Of a stretch of DNA of 64,000 nucleotides, positions 10,560 through 20,262 are shown piece after piece (position 1 is the stretch's first letter; each line of letters starts with the position of its first letter). The notes beneath the pieces were generated by a model. It made no database searches. It was not told where the DNA came from and saw nothing but the letters and a program-made list of their open reading frames with translations. The DNA is from Acidobacteriota bacterium (GTDB lineage: Bacteria; Acidobacteriota; UBA890; WLXD01), in assembly GCA_965248695.1 (NCBI GenBank), contig CBDFKD010000002.1, positions 4,480,001 to 4,544,000 of the forward strand, read 5' to 3'. A program made the position numbers and the translations under genes.

Positions 10560-11399
10560 TCACTGCTCGCAGGTGCCGGGCCGCTGCAAGCCCAGCTGGC
10601 GGAGCTGGCCGCAGGCCAGGAAGGCGGCGTCGCTCTCCGCGTAGGCTTGAATCAGCCGTCGGAAGGACTCCGCTGCGGCACGCTCGCGGCCCTCCTCCTT
10701 CAGGATCAAGCCATCGTTGAGCATGGCGTCGGGAACCAGCTCGCTGTCGGGGTGATCGCGGACGACCGACTGGAAGGCGGTGTGAGCAGCCGCCAGCTGG
10801 CCGCGCTCGCGCTCGCACATGCCGATCCAGTAGCGGGCGTTGTCGGCACGGTCGGAAGACCCGTAGCGCCGTCGGTATTCCTCGAAGCCCTGGACGCACA
10901 GCTCCCAGTTCTCTCGCAGATAGTCGTTGTACGCACTGTTGTAGAGGGTGCTGGCAGCGTTCTGCTGGGATGGGCTCGGCTCCTGGGTCGAGGGCGTTCG
11001 GGCCCCGCGCGGTGGCGGCATGGCAGTGCCCAGGCGCGTCGCCTCCGAAGGTGCACCGCCGCCGCCCGCGAGCTGCTCGGTGAGACGGGCGATGCGAGCA
11101 TCCATCTCGGCGATGTCGGCCTCGAGAGCGGTTACGTCACGAACCATCGAGCGCAGATCCTCACCGCGATCGGCGGATTGAGTGCGGAGTGGCTGGAGGG
11201 AGTTGTTGAGCTCCTGCCGTACCTGGACGAGTCGCGCGATGATGCTCTGCTGAGCCGTTTGGAGATCGGCGACCTGTGCTTCCATCGCCGCCTGGCGAGA
11301 CTCGATGCTGACGAGACGCTGGTCACCTGACGAGCAGCCGGTCGCGAGGGCGAGGGCGGCAACCGAGGCGAGCAGCAATCTCAGTCGTTTCATCATCAC
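10560..11399 (-). CDS. cpoB: Tol-Pal associated CpoB/YbgF-like TPR lipoprotein
   Basis: Lipobox-like LATGC, N-terminal coiled coil, LYNSAY..Y and ADNARYWIG TPRs; follows pal. Confidence 0.85.
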   Translation of the reverse strand: MMMKRLRLLLASVAALALATGCSSGDQRLVSIESRQAAMEAQVADLQTAQQSIIARLVQVRQELNNSLQPLRTQSADRGEDLRSMVRDVTALEADIAEMDARIARLTEQLAGGGGAPSEATRLGTAMPPPRGARTPSTQEPSPSQQNAASTLYNSAYNDYLRENWELCVQGFEEYRRRYGSSDRADNARYWIGMCERERGQLAAAHTAFQSVVRDHPDSELVPDAMLNDGLILKEEGRERAAAESFRRLIQAYAESDAAFLACGQLRQLGLQRPGTCEQ

Positions 11400-11431
11400 C
11401 CTTTCATCCCACGATCGGGCGGCAACCAGAA

Positions 11432-11468
11432 ACGGCGGGCGGGAGCTCGTCGCACCCCGCCCGCCGTC
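11432..11468 (-). terminator. Stem-loop between pal and cpoB
   Basis: CGGCGGGCGGG...CCCGCCCGCCG inverted repeat followed by TTTCT on the minus strand. Confidence 0.55.
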
Positions 11469-11479
11469 GCTGAAACCTC

Positions 11480-12058
11480 TCAGTTGTTGGTCGCGCCCGA
11501 AGCGGTGGCCACGAACTCTCCGCGGCGGTTCAGCGACCAGTTCTGCTCGCCCTCGCCCATGGCGGCGGGGTTCTCTTCACCGTACGAGACGATCTCGACG
11601 CGGTTGGCGCTGATGCCGAGCGATACCAGATAGTCGCGAGTTGCTGTGGCGCGCCGATCGCCGAGCGCCAGGTTGTACTCGCGCGTGCCGCGCTCGTCGC
11701 AGTGACCCTCGATCAGGATCGCGACGTCGCCGTGTTCACGCAGCCAATCGGCGTTCGCCTGCAACGTCGAGCGCTGGTCGGTGCGGATATCTGCCTTGTC
11801 GTAGTCGAAGTAGATCGGCTTGAGCAACTTCCGTGCGTTGATCTCTTCGGCCGACAGGAAGGTCTGCTCGGGCGCATCGGCCTCTTCCCAGTCGCCGGTT
11901 TGGGCGGGCTCGGGAGCGGGGGCCGGGGCGGCGGGGGCCGGAGCTTCCGGCATCGGTTCGGGCGTTGGCGCGGGCGGGGCGTCTTTGCTGCAAGCAGGCA
12001 GTGCAACGACCACGGCCGCGAGTGCGATCAGGGCGATCCGCTTCGCGGGGCTGGGCAT
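11480..12058 (-). CDS. pal: Peptidoglycan-associated lipoprotein
   Basis: Lipobox LPAC, IYFDYD, IEGHCDERGTREYNLALGDRRA, SYGEE, NRR. Confidence 0.96.
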   Translation of the reverse strand: MPSPAKRIALIALAAVVVALPACSKDAPPAPTPEPMPEAPAPAAPAPAPEPAQTGDWEEADAPEQTFLSAEEINARKLLKPIYFDYDKADIRTDQRSTLQANADWLREHGDVAILIEGHCDERGTREYNLALGDRRATATRDYLVSLGISANRVEIVSYGEENPAAMGEGEQNWSLNRRGEFVATASGATNN

Positions 12059-12105
12059 CGTGGTTTCCTCCATGCGATGGCCTAGTTTCAACTAGGGGCG
12101 GGCCG

Positions 12106-13488
12106 TTAGGGGCGGGTTCCCCACGTCGGGGTCAAGTTGTTGCTCGCGCTCGTCAGCTGACGTTGTCGCGAACCGTCGAAGCCCATGGCCCAGATCTGCG
12201 TGCTGGAACCTTGGGCCCACTCGAAGGTCAGCTGGCGCCCATCGGGCGACCAGGCCGGTGCCTCCTTGCGGCCGCGACCGCGCGTTAGCTGATGGACGCG
12301 ATCGGTCGTGAGATCGTACACGAAAATATCGAAATTGTTACCACCAGTCGAGGCAGTGAAGGCGATAAGTTCTCCGCGCACCGGTTGCCATGCCGGATCG
12401 TCCTTCTGCCCACCCGGCGCCGAGAGCCGTCGGGTGTTCAAGCCGGTGGAGTCCATCACGTACAGCTGCTGGCTCCCGCTGCGGTCGGAAACGAACACCA
12501 ACTGGCGGCCGTTTGGCGACCACGCCGGCGATACGTCGCTGGCGGGATTGCGCGAGATCTGTTGCATGCCTTCGCCGTCGGGCCGGATCACGTGGATCTC
12601 GGAATTGCCGCTACAGCTGGATGAGAACGCGATCAGCGTCCCATCGGGAGAAAACGCCGCGCCGTTGTTGGTGCCCCGGCAGGTCACCAGCGGCCGCGGC
12701 CGACCGCCGCTGTTGAGGATTACGTGGATCTCGGCGTTCGGGAAACGATCGCGCATCACGTAGGTCTGGAACGCGATGCGGTCTGCTTGAGGTGAGAACG
12801 ACGGCGATAGCGAGATCGAAGAGTTGTAGGTGATGCGTCGTTGGCGTTCGCCGTCGTAGTCCATCAGGAAAATCTCTTTCTGCGGCGTGTCCACGGGCGC
12901 TTCGCGATCGGAGACGAAGGAGATATAGGAGTTCGCAACGCCCGGTACACCGGTGTAGTTGAGAGCGGTCTCATCGTTGAACGTATGGGCGATGCGCCGC
13001 ACGCGATAGACGGCCTCGGGAGCGGACAGTCCCTCGGTGGACTGCGAGTACCGTTTGCCGCTGATCTGTCGACCGGTGTCGACGTCGAAGAGCCGAAAAT
13101 CCGTTACCACCAGCGTACCCTGCACGCTTACCGATCCCTGGATCAGCCCGCGAGCGCCGGTGTTCTTCCAGGCCTGCCACGGAATGGGCTCGCTGGGTGC
13201 CGTGTTCGGGTAGACGCGTGGGTCCACCAGGTCGAACACCATGGAGTTCTGTAGGTCATTCTCCAGCACGGCGTGGATTTGCTGCGCTTGCTCGGCGGCG
13301 CCGGTTGCCGCCAGCAGGGCGGGGAGCGCGATCTTGATTGCCGGCGCGCCCCGTTGCCGGATTTCCAGCTGCACGTCCTGGTCTTGACCCGACGCCGCGC
13401 CGACGACCGCGAGGGACACGATGGCCGACCAGATTGAGGTCCTACTCCGTAACGAACGCAAGCCCGACTCCGAGTGATTGCCCGTCAT
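12106..13488 (-). CDS. tolB: TolB translocation protein
   Basis: N-terminal alpha/beta domain plus PD40 repeats (PAWSPNG, PAWSPDG); position in operon. Start uncertain. Confidence 0.9.
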   Translation of the reverse strand: MTGNHSESGLRSLRSRTSIWSAIVSLAVVGAASGQDQDVQLEIRQRGAPAIKIALPALLAATGAAEQAQQIHAVLENDLQNSMVFDLVDPRVYPNTAPSEPIPWQAWKNTGARGLIQGSVSVQGTLVVTDFRLFDVDTGRQISGKRYSQSTEGLSAPEAVYRVRRIAHTFNDETALNYTGVPGVANSYISFVSDREAPVDTPQKEIFLMDYDGERQRRITYNSSISLSPSFSPQADRIAFQTYVMRDRFPNAEIHVILNSGGRPRPLVTCRGTNNGAAFSPDGTLIAFSSSCSGNSEIHVIRPDGEGMQQISRNPASDVSPAWSPNGRQLVFVSDRSGSQQLYVMDSTGLNTRRLSAPGGQKDDPAWQPVRGELIAFTASTGGNNFDIFVYDLTTDRVHQLTRGRGRKEAPAWSPDGRQLTFEWAQGSSTQIWAMGFDGSRQRQLTSASNNLTPTWGTRP

Positions 13489-14263
13489 ACTCGCGGGGCA
13501 AAGGGGGAAATGGGGCAGCCGCCGCGATCGCTCGCATGGCTGCTCGATCGAACGCGGTGTCACCGGAGCCACCGTCCACGCGTGGCTGTACCACCAGGCG
13601 ACCGTTGCGGCCGAGTCTGAAGAACGCCTCGGCGCGTCGCTTGAGCCCGTACGGACCGGTGGGCGGGGGGGACCATTGGGCCGCGATCAGGTCGCGGAGG
13701 CGGTACAGGTAGTCGGCGAAGGGAAACTCTTCTACCGTGTATCCGCTGTCGCCGCTCTGGGTGACGTCGATACCCATACGCTGTGCGCTCTGATTCTGTG
13801 GCGGGCGCCGGCCGGCGGTCTGCGGCTGTCGGCGTGCCTCGTCCTCACGACGCTGACGTTCCTCCTCGGCCCGACGCTGACGGTCAAGCTCCGCCTGGCG
13901 CTGTCGCTCGGCCTCCTCGCGGCGTTGCTGCTCCTCAGCTTCACGCTCACGCTGCAGCTCGGCGAGGCTGCGGGGAATCGGTTCCGGCTCGCTCACGACT
14001 GGTAAGACAGCCTCCGGTTCGGGCTCTTCCTCCGCCTGCGGGGTGTCAGCAGCCTGAGTCGGCTCGGGAGCTGCCGGCGGTAACTGCACGAGCCGCACCG
14101 GTGTGAAGCTGGGGTTGTACGTGGGAATCGGGATGAGCATCGGCCCGAACAGGATCGCCAGCAGAAGCACTAGATGAACGGCCGCCGAGCTGATTACGGC
14201 AGCACGATAGCGCTGCTCGATCACCTGCTCGTTGAATACGGCTTGCTCCTCGGCGTAGCTCAT
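13442..14263 (-). CDS. tolA: TolA/TonB-family protein
   Basis: TM with SxxxH motif, Pro/charged helical linker, C-terminal SGDTAFDRAAMRAI..AAPFPPLP. Confidence 0.8.
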   Translation of the reverse strand: MSYAEEQAVFNEQVIEQRYRAAVISSAAVHLVLLLAILFGPMLIPIPTYNPSFTPVRLVQLPPAAPEPTQAADTPQAEEEPEPEAVLPVVSEPEPIPRSLAELQREREAEEQQRREEAERQRQAELDRQRRAEEERQRREDEARRQPQTAGRRPPQNQSAQRMGIDVTQSGDSGYTVEEFPFADYLYRLRDLIAAQWSPPPTGPYGLKRRAEAFFRLGRNGRLVVQPRVDGGSGDTAFDRAAMRAIAAAAPFPPLPREYDGQSLGVGLAFVTE

Positions 14264-14340
14264 GCTGTCAGCTTAGCAAGTAGCCGAGGGTCGCTGCGCG
14301 GTCGTGCGGCTGAAGCCGACCACAGCTGCGCCACGGCCCG

Positions 14341-14745
14341 CTAGCGGCGCGGGACCGGCTCGGTAACCAAGCCGATGTCGGCTCCGAGACTCCATAGAAC
14401 CTCGATAACAGCTACCACGCGCCCGTATTCGCCGCCGCGATCGCCGTAGAGCAGGATCGTTCGCCCCGGGGTGATGCGCGGCGACAGGCGCGCTTCGAGC
14501 TCCTCGAGCGGAACTGCGTCGCCGTTGACGAGAATCTGACCCTGGTCGGTCACCGAGATGAAGATCTGCTCCTGGGGAAGGCTGTCCATCACCTGGGTTT
14601 GCGGCAGCCGGACCTCAGCTCCCTGGATCATCATCGGGGCAGTGATCATGAAGACGATCAACAGCACGAGGGCTACATCGACCAGCGGAGTGACGTTGAT
14701 CTCCGAGAGGATCCGGTCGTCTTCCCTGAACCAGCTCTGTTTCAT
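14341..14745 (-). CDS. tolR: TolR/ExbD
   Basis: EINVTPLVDVALVLLIVFMITAP; ATGA overlap with the tolQ stop. Confidence 0.92.
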   Translation of the reverse strand: MKQSWFREDDRILSEINVTPLVDVALVLLIVFMITAPMMIQGAEVRLPQTQVMDSLPQEQIFISVTDQGQILVNGDAVPLEELEARLSPRITPGRTILLYGDRGGEYGRVVAVIEVLWSLGADIGLVTEPVPRR

Positions 14746-15434
14746 TGGCCCGGTCCCGCCTGCCACGACTTCTCGACCACGTTGAGGAACTCGAGCCCGA
14801 AGTCCTCCATGTCACCGCCGAGGTCACGCACTCGCGATAGCAGGTGGTTGTACGCGATGACCGCCGGGATCGCGGCGGCCAGTCCCGCCGCGGTGGTGAT
14901 CAACGCGGCGCTGATGCCGGGTGCGACTACAGCGAGATTGGCGTTGCCGAATCTGCCGATGCTCTGAAAGGCGTTCATGATGCCCCAGACGGTCCCGAAC
15001 AGGCCGATGAACGGTGCCGCAGAGCTGGTCGTAGCCAGAAAGAGCATGCCGCGCGCCATCCGGCGACGTTGCTCGTGCGCGGCACGTGCCAGCGAGCGCT
15101 CGAGCGCCTCCATGTTGATGCGGGAGGCGGCGGTCGGCTGTGCGGACTGTGCTGCGCCCTCCAACTGGGCCGAGATCTCGCCGTATCCGGCTTCGAAAAC
15201 CCCTGTTAGCGGTGTCGTTTCCAGCTCCTTGGAGGCGGTTCTGACCTGCGAGAACTTCGAGCTGGAACGGAACACTTCCAGAAACTTCCCCGTCTGCTTT
15301 TCCGCTTTGCGGTACAGCAAGACGCGATCGACGATCACGGCCCAAGAGAGAATGGAGAAGATCGCCAGGATCACCAGCACTACCAGGGCGAACGGGCCGA
15401 GATTGCGGATGATGCCGAGCACGCCGTCGGACAT
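14742..15434 (-). CDS. tolQ: TolQ/ExbB (MotA family)
   Basis: APFIGLFGTVWGIM, VAPGI..AL..TAAGL..AIPAV.AYN. Confidence 0.93.
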   Translation of the reverse strand: MSDGVLGIIRNLGPFALVVLVILAIFSILSWAVIVDRVLLYRKAEKQTGKFLEVFRSSSKFSQVRTASKELETTPLTGVFEAGYGEISAQLEGAAQSAQPTAASRINMEALERSLARAAHEQRRRMARGMLFLATTSSAAPFIGLFGTVWGIMNAFQSIGRFGNANLAVVAPGISAALITTAAGLAAAIPAVIAYNHLLSRVRDLGGDMEDFGLEFLNVVEKSWQAGPGQ

Positions 15435-15651
15435 GAAATCGGCCTGCAACAGGAACAAAGGTGTCCTCTCAGCGTTCCGAGTCAGGAAAGTGTCCGATGG
15501 CGAGCCCCCCAGCCGCACCGGATCACATCAAGCTACCACGATGGCCTGTGTGTGTCACCAAACCGCATCAGCCGTCAGTCTGGCGGCGGATGCTGGTCGG
15601 AAGTCTTCCGGTATATTGACTGCGGCCATCTCATCCCGGCAGGTTTTGACC

Positions 15652-17346
15652 ATGCTCAGCTACTTGCGGATCCGCAACCTCGCGCTGATTGAAGACGTCA
15701 CCATCGAACCGCCCGCTGGCCTGGTGGCGTTCACCGGCGAGACCGGCGCCGGCAAGTCGATCATTCTCGGTGGCCTGGCGCTGGCCACCGGCGACCGCGC
15801 GGCGCTCGATCAGGTGCGTCACGGGGCGGATTCGGCGGCCGTCGAAGCGGTGTTCGATATCGCCGCGCGACCGGACATCGCCGCGCTTCTTGCGGCTGAA
15901 GAGCTGTCGTCGGACACCCGGGAGATGGTCGTTCGTCGCGTCCTCGGCGGTCGATCGAGCCGCGCTTACCTCAACGATCGGCTGGTCACCGTCGGCCTCG
16001 TGCACAGGGTCGGTGATCGTCTGGTGGACATTGCCGGGCAGCACGAGAACCAGTCGCTGCTGACACCGGCGACACAGCTGGAGCTTCTGGATCGTTTCGG
16101 TGATCTCATATCTCAGCGTCTCGCAGTGGAGGCTTCGTGGGATGCAGCGCTAGACCTGCAGCAGGCGCTGCAGGCGCTGGAAACCGATGATCGCGACCGC
16201 GCCCAGCGGGCCGATTACCTGCGTTATCGGGCAGAGGAGATCCGCGCCGCCGAGCTCAGCGTCGACGAGGAAGCCGCGCTCAGCGCCGAGCGCCAGCGGC
16301 TGCGGCACGCGGAGGAACTGTCGACAGGCGCCGCCGAGGCGCTCGACGCACTGTACGAGCGCGAAGGCTCCGCCGCCGGGTTGGTTCGTCAGGCGCAAGT
16401 CGCGATCGAGCGGATCAAACGGCTTGACTCCGATGCCCTGTCGGACGCCGGCGACATTGCCGAGGTTGCCTATGCGGTCGAGGACATCGCCCGTGCGCTG
16501 CAGGCGTACGTCGAAGTCGTCCGCGTAGACCCGGCGCGGTTGGATGCGGTTGAGGAACGACTGGCGACCATCGACGGGCTACGCCGCAAGTACGCCGATC
16601 GGATCGACGACATCCTGCGCCTGGCCGATGACACCGAGCAGGAGCTTGCGTCGCTGCAGAACCGCGATCATGAAATCGCCGAGTTGGCCACCGGGGTGCG
16701 GCAGGCCGTGAGGGCCTTCGACGAGGCCGCCTCACGACTGAGTGCGTCGCGGACAGCGGTTGCGGCCCGTCTCGCGGAGCACATCAGCGCCGAGCTGCAG
16801 GAGCTCGGGATGGAGGGCGCGCACTTTCGGGTGCGGCTGAAGCCGGCCGCTGGCAATTCAGGAAACGGTTTGCCACCCGGTGCCGGCCGTGCCGGCTACG
16901 AGGTCGTCGAGTTCCGTCTGGCGGCGAATCCCGGAGATTCGCCGCGCGATCTGGCACGAGTTGCCTCTGGCGGGGAGCTGTCACGCGTGATGCTCGCACT
17001 CAAGCTCGCCGAAACGCGGGAGGCTCCGGCGCAAACATTGGTTTTCGACGAGATCGACGCGGGTGTAGGCGGCGGCCGCGTCGCCGACCGGTTGGCAGCG
17101 CGCCTCGCCGAGCTTGCAACGAGGCATCAGGTGCTGGTGGTCACACACCTACCGCAGATCGCTGCGCGGGCTTCGACCCACTATCGTGTCCACAAGGCCG
17201 ACCGGGACGGGCGAGTCTCCGTAGCGGCTACGGCGCTCGACGTCGAGCAGCGCGTCGACGAGCTGGCGCGCATGCTGGGGGGCATCGGTGAGTCACAGGG
17301 TGTGCGCCAACATGCCCGCCACTTGCTGGGCCAGCCAGCCTCGTAG
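15652..17346 (+). CDS. recN: DNA repair protein RecN
   Basis: LRIRNLALI, TGETGAGKS, ASGGELSRVMLA, FDEIDAGVGG, VTHLPQIAA. Confidence 0.97.
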   Translation: MLSYLRIRNLALIEDVTIEPPAGLVAFTGETGAGKSIILGGLALATGDRAALDQVRHGADSAAVEAVFDIAARPDIAALLAAEELSSDTREMVVRRVLGGRSSRAYLNDRLVTVGLVHRVGDRLVDIAGQHENQSLLTPATQLELLDRFGDLISQRLAVEASWDAALDLQQALQALETDDRDRAQRADYLRYRAEEIRAAELSVDEEAALSAERQRLRHAEELSTGAAEALDALYEREGSAAGLVRQAQVAIERIKRLDSDALSDAGDIAEVAYAVEDIARALQAYVEVVRVDPARLDAVEERLATIDGLRRKYADRIDDILRLADDTEQELASLQNRDHEIAELATGVRQAVRAFDEAASRLSASRTAVAARLAEHISAELQELGMEGAHFRVRLKPAAGNSGNGLPPGAGRAGYEVVEFRLAANPGDSPRDLARVASGGELSRVMLALKLAETREAPAQTLVFDEIDAGVGGGRVADRLAARLAELATRHQVLVVTHLPQIAARASTHYRVHKADRDGRVSVAATALDVEQRVDELARMLGGIGESQGVRQHARHLLGQPAS

Positions 17347-17367
17347 GCTGCTGCTGGGCGAGCTCGC

Positions 17368-17644
17368 CTAGCAGGCCGTGGTGAAAGTGTGGTGGGTCTG
17401 GCGACAGGGTCTTGCGAGGCGCAGGCCAGGAGAGGAGGAGGCGATGGTTACCCCATCGTTGACGACAAACGACGCAGCATCCGCGCGCAACCCCCAGTCG
17501 CCCGAAGGGTTACGGCGATTTGGGGCCATCTGCAACGTTGGCTTTCCTCGACGATGGCTAGAGCATCGCCAACGTCAGGCCGCCTTGCATCTGGCCCCAA
17601 CTCGCCGTAACCAGACCCACCACACTTCCACCACGGACTGCTAG
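17368..17644. mobile_element. MITE-like non-autonomous element, copy 2 (277 bp)
   Basis: 34-bp terminal inverted repeat including CTAG (17368-17401 vs 17611-17644, 2 mismatches); internal arms homologous to the element at 596-873. Confidence 0.8.
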
Positions 17645-17703
17645 TAGCCTGTACGGTTCCTGATGCCCGAGGCAGCGATCTGAGCTCGAGTCAAGAGGAC
17701 GGA

Positions 17704-18573
17704 ATGGAGAAGCGAATCGGAGTGATCGGAGGCAGCGGTCTCTACGAGATGGCCGGGCTCACGATTCTCGATGAGATCCGGGTGCAAACGCCGTTCGGCG
17801 ATCCTTCCGATGCGTTCATGATCGGCGAGCTCGACGACCGGCCGGTGGCGTTCCTATCGCGGCACGGTCGCGGACACGTGTTCAACCCCACCAACGTGCC
17901 CTATCGGGCGAACATATATGGATTCCGACTGCTCGGTGTGCGCAATCTCTTCTCGGTAAGCGCCGTCGGTAGCTTGCGAGAGTCCATAGCTCCGTTGCAG
18001 TTCGTGGTGCCGGATCAGTTCGTGGATCGCACCCGAGCCCGGGCTGCCACTTTCTTCGACGAGGGCCTGGTGGCGCACGCGTCGCTCGCCGACCCGGTCT
18101 GCCCTCGGCTTTCTGCGCTGCTGGCAACGGCGGGCGAGACCGTTGGTGTCGAAGTCCATCGTGGCGGTACCTATGTCTGCATCGAAGGGCCACAGTTCTC
18201 TACTCGGGCCGAGAGCCAGCTGTATCGCTCCTGGGGAATGGACGTGATCGGCATGACGAACCTGACCGAGGCAAAGCTGGCGCGCGAAGCGGGCCTTGGC
18301 TATGCCACGCTGGCGATGGTGTGCGATTACGACTGCTGGCACGAGGGGCACGCCGACGTGACCGCTGAGATGGCGCTCGCCAATCTGGCGACAAGCGTCG
18401 AAGATGCCCAGCGCGTTCTCCGCGAGGCAATCGGAAAGCTCCCGCAGGACGCCCCCTCGTCGTGCGAAGGCGCGATCGCCAACGCCGTGATGACATCGCC
18501 TGACAGGATTTCGCCGCGGCTCCGGCAGCGTCTGGCACTACTCCTGGAGCCCGCCGCCGGAGAGCAGCCTTGA
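17704..18573 (+). CDS. mtnP: S-methyl-5'-thioadenosine phosphorylase
   Basis: IGVIGGSG, SRHG, IEGPQFSTRAES, GMT, DYD. Confidence 0.93.
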   Translation: MEKRIGVIGGSGLYEMAGLTILDEIRVQTPFGDPSDAFMIGELDDRPVAFLSRHGRGHVFNPTNVPYRANIYGFRLLGVRNLFSVSAVGSLRESIAPLQFVVPDQFVDRTRARAATFFDEGLVAHASLADPVCPRLSALLATAGETVGVEVHRGGTYVCIEGPQFSTRAESQLYRSWGMDVIGMTNLTEAKLAREAGLGYATLAMVCDYDCWHEGHADVTAEMALANLATSVEDAQRVLREAIGKLPQDAPSSCEGAIANAVMTSPDRISPRLRQRLALLLEPAAGEQP

Positions 18574-19478
18574 GCATCGTCGTTGTCGGTTCGGTGGCGT
18601 TCGACACCGTGATCACGCCCTACGGTCGCGTTGACGATGCGCTGGGGGGAGCGGCGACATTCTTTGCGGTAGCGGCGTCGTACTTCTGTCCGGTGCAAGT
18701 GGTCGCCGTCGTCGGTGATGACTTCGGGCCACAACATGAGGCCGTGCTGTCGGAGTGCGGTGTGGACACGAGCGGCATCGAACGAGCCGCGGGAAAGACG
18801 TTCCGCTGGGGCGGCGAGTACTCGTGGAACCTCAACGAGCGCCAAACCCTGTTCACGGAGCTGAACGTATTCGAGAACTTTGCGCCGGTGCTGCCGACGG
18901 ATTTCCGTGCCACCCCCTACGTGTTCCTCGCCAACATTGCGCCGCAGCTGCAGCTGGCGGTGCTAGAGCAGGTAGAGAGCCCGAAGCTGGTGGCGCTCGA
19001 CACCATGAACTATTGGATCGAGGGCTCGCTGGAGGCGCTACGGAACACCTTGCGACACGTCGACATCCTGGTAATCAACGATGAGGAAGCGCGCGAGCTC
19101 TCCGATGCGTACAACCTCGTCGAGGCGGCAGCGGCCATTCGGCGTCTCGGACCAGATAACGTCATCATAAAACGCGGCGAGCATGGCGCGACGGCGTTCC
19201 TCGACGACGAGATCTTCACCGTCCCGGGCCTGCCGCTGCGGCAGCTCGCCGACCCGACAGGCGCGGGCGACACGTTCGCGGGAGGCTTCATGGGGCATCT
19301 CGCCAGCACCGGTGATCACAGCGCCGGCGGGTTGCGCCGCGCCATCGTAGCCGGCAGCGTTCTCGCTTCCTTCTGCGTCGAAAGCTTCAGCCTGGACGGA
19401 ATTCGAGGGCTCGGTAGCGACCAGATCGCGGCGCGGTACGGTGAGTTCCAAGCGCTGACACGATTCGACGACATCTGA
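18570..19478 (+). CDS. PfkB-family carbohydrate/nucleoside kinase
   Basis: GSVAFD, LGGAA, INDEEA, DPTGAGDTF. Confidence 0.92.
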   Translation: MSIVVVGSVAFDTVITPYGRVDDALGGAATFFAVAASYFCPVQVVAVVGDDFGPQHEAVLSECGVDTSGIERAAGKTFRWGGEYSWNLNERQTLFTELNVFENFAPVLPTDFRATPYVFLANIAPQLQLAVLEQVESPKLVALDTMNYWIEGSLEALRNTLRHVDILVINDEEARELSDAYNLVEAAAAIRRLGPDNVIIKRGEHGATAFLDDEIFTVPGLPLRQLADPTGAGDTFAGGFMGHLASTGDHSAGGLRRAIVAGSVLASFCVESFSLDGIRGLGSDQIAARYGEFQALTRFDDI

Positions 19479-19488
19479 CGAGGCAAGA

Positions 19489-20262
19489 ATGCTCCTGGCC
19501 ATCGACGTGGGCAATACCAGCACCCAGTTCGGGGTGTTTGACGGAGCCACACTCCGCGCCGATTGGCGGCTGCCCACGCACGGCAACGGCACAGCCGACG
19601 GGATGGGGCTGCTGTCGGTGTCGCTCCTGGAGCGTGAGCGCATCGGCGCCGACGAGATCTCGGGGATCGTCGTAGCAAGTGTGGTGCCGCCGCTGACCGG
19701 CGCCCTCACGCGCATGTCGCGGCGCTATTTCGATGTCGAGCCATTGCTCGTGAGCGCCGAGCTCGTTGACGACCTGCCGGTGCTCTACGACCCTCCTGGT
19801 GACGTCGGAGCCGACCGGATAGTCAACGCCGTAGCGGCGCGCGAGAAGTACGGCGTGCCGGCTGTCGTGGTGGACTTCGGAACCGCTACGACGTTCGATG
19901 TGATCAACCGTCAGGGTGCGTATCTCGGTGGTGTGATCGCGACGGGCGTGGGTGTATCGGCCGACGCGCTCTTCGCGCGCGCTGCGCGCCTGCCGCGGGT
20001 TGATGTGGAGCGGCCGTCGCAGGTTATCGGCCGGTCGACCGTGGGCAGCGTGCGTGCCGGCCTGTTCTACGGTTATGCGGACATGGTTGACGGCCTTCTT
20101 CGCCGCATCAGCGACGAGCTCGACGACGATCCCACGGTGGTCGCCACGGGAGGATGGGCGCGTACCGTCGGTGAAGCATGTGAGCGCATCCAGCACGTTG
20201 ATCCGCTGCTTACGCTCGAGGGTCTGAAGCTCATCCACGGCCGCTACGCGATCTCCCCATGA
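19489..20262 (+). CDS. coaX: Type III pantothenate kinase
   Basis: LLAIDVGNT, VGADR, VDFGTATT, ATGG, LTLEGL. Confidence 0.95.
   Translation: MLLAIDVGNTSTQFGVFDGATLRADWRLPTHGNGTADGMGLLSVSLLERERIGADEISGIVVASVVPPLTGALTRMSRRYFDVEPLLVSAELVDDLPVLYDPPGDVGADRIVNAVAAREKYGVPAVVVDFGTATTFDVINRQGAYLGGVIATGVGVSADALFARAARLPRVDVERPSQVIGRSTVGSVRAGLFYGYADMVDGLLRRISDELDDDPTVVATGGWARTVGEACERIQHVDPLLTLEGLKLIHGRYAISP

Noticed and set aside
14977-15651. N-terminal extension of RecN in the ORF track
   Set aside because: Overlaps tolQ on the opposite strand; RecN similarity starts at ATG 15652.
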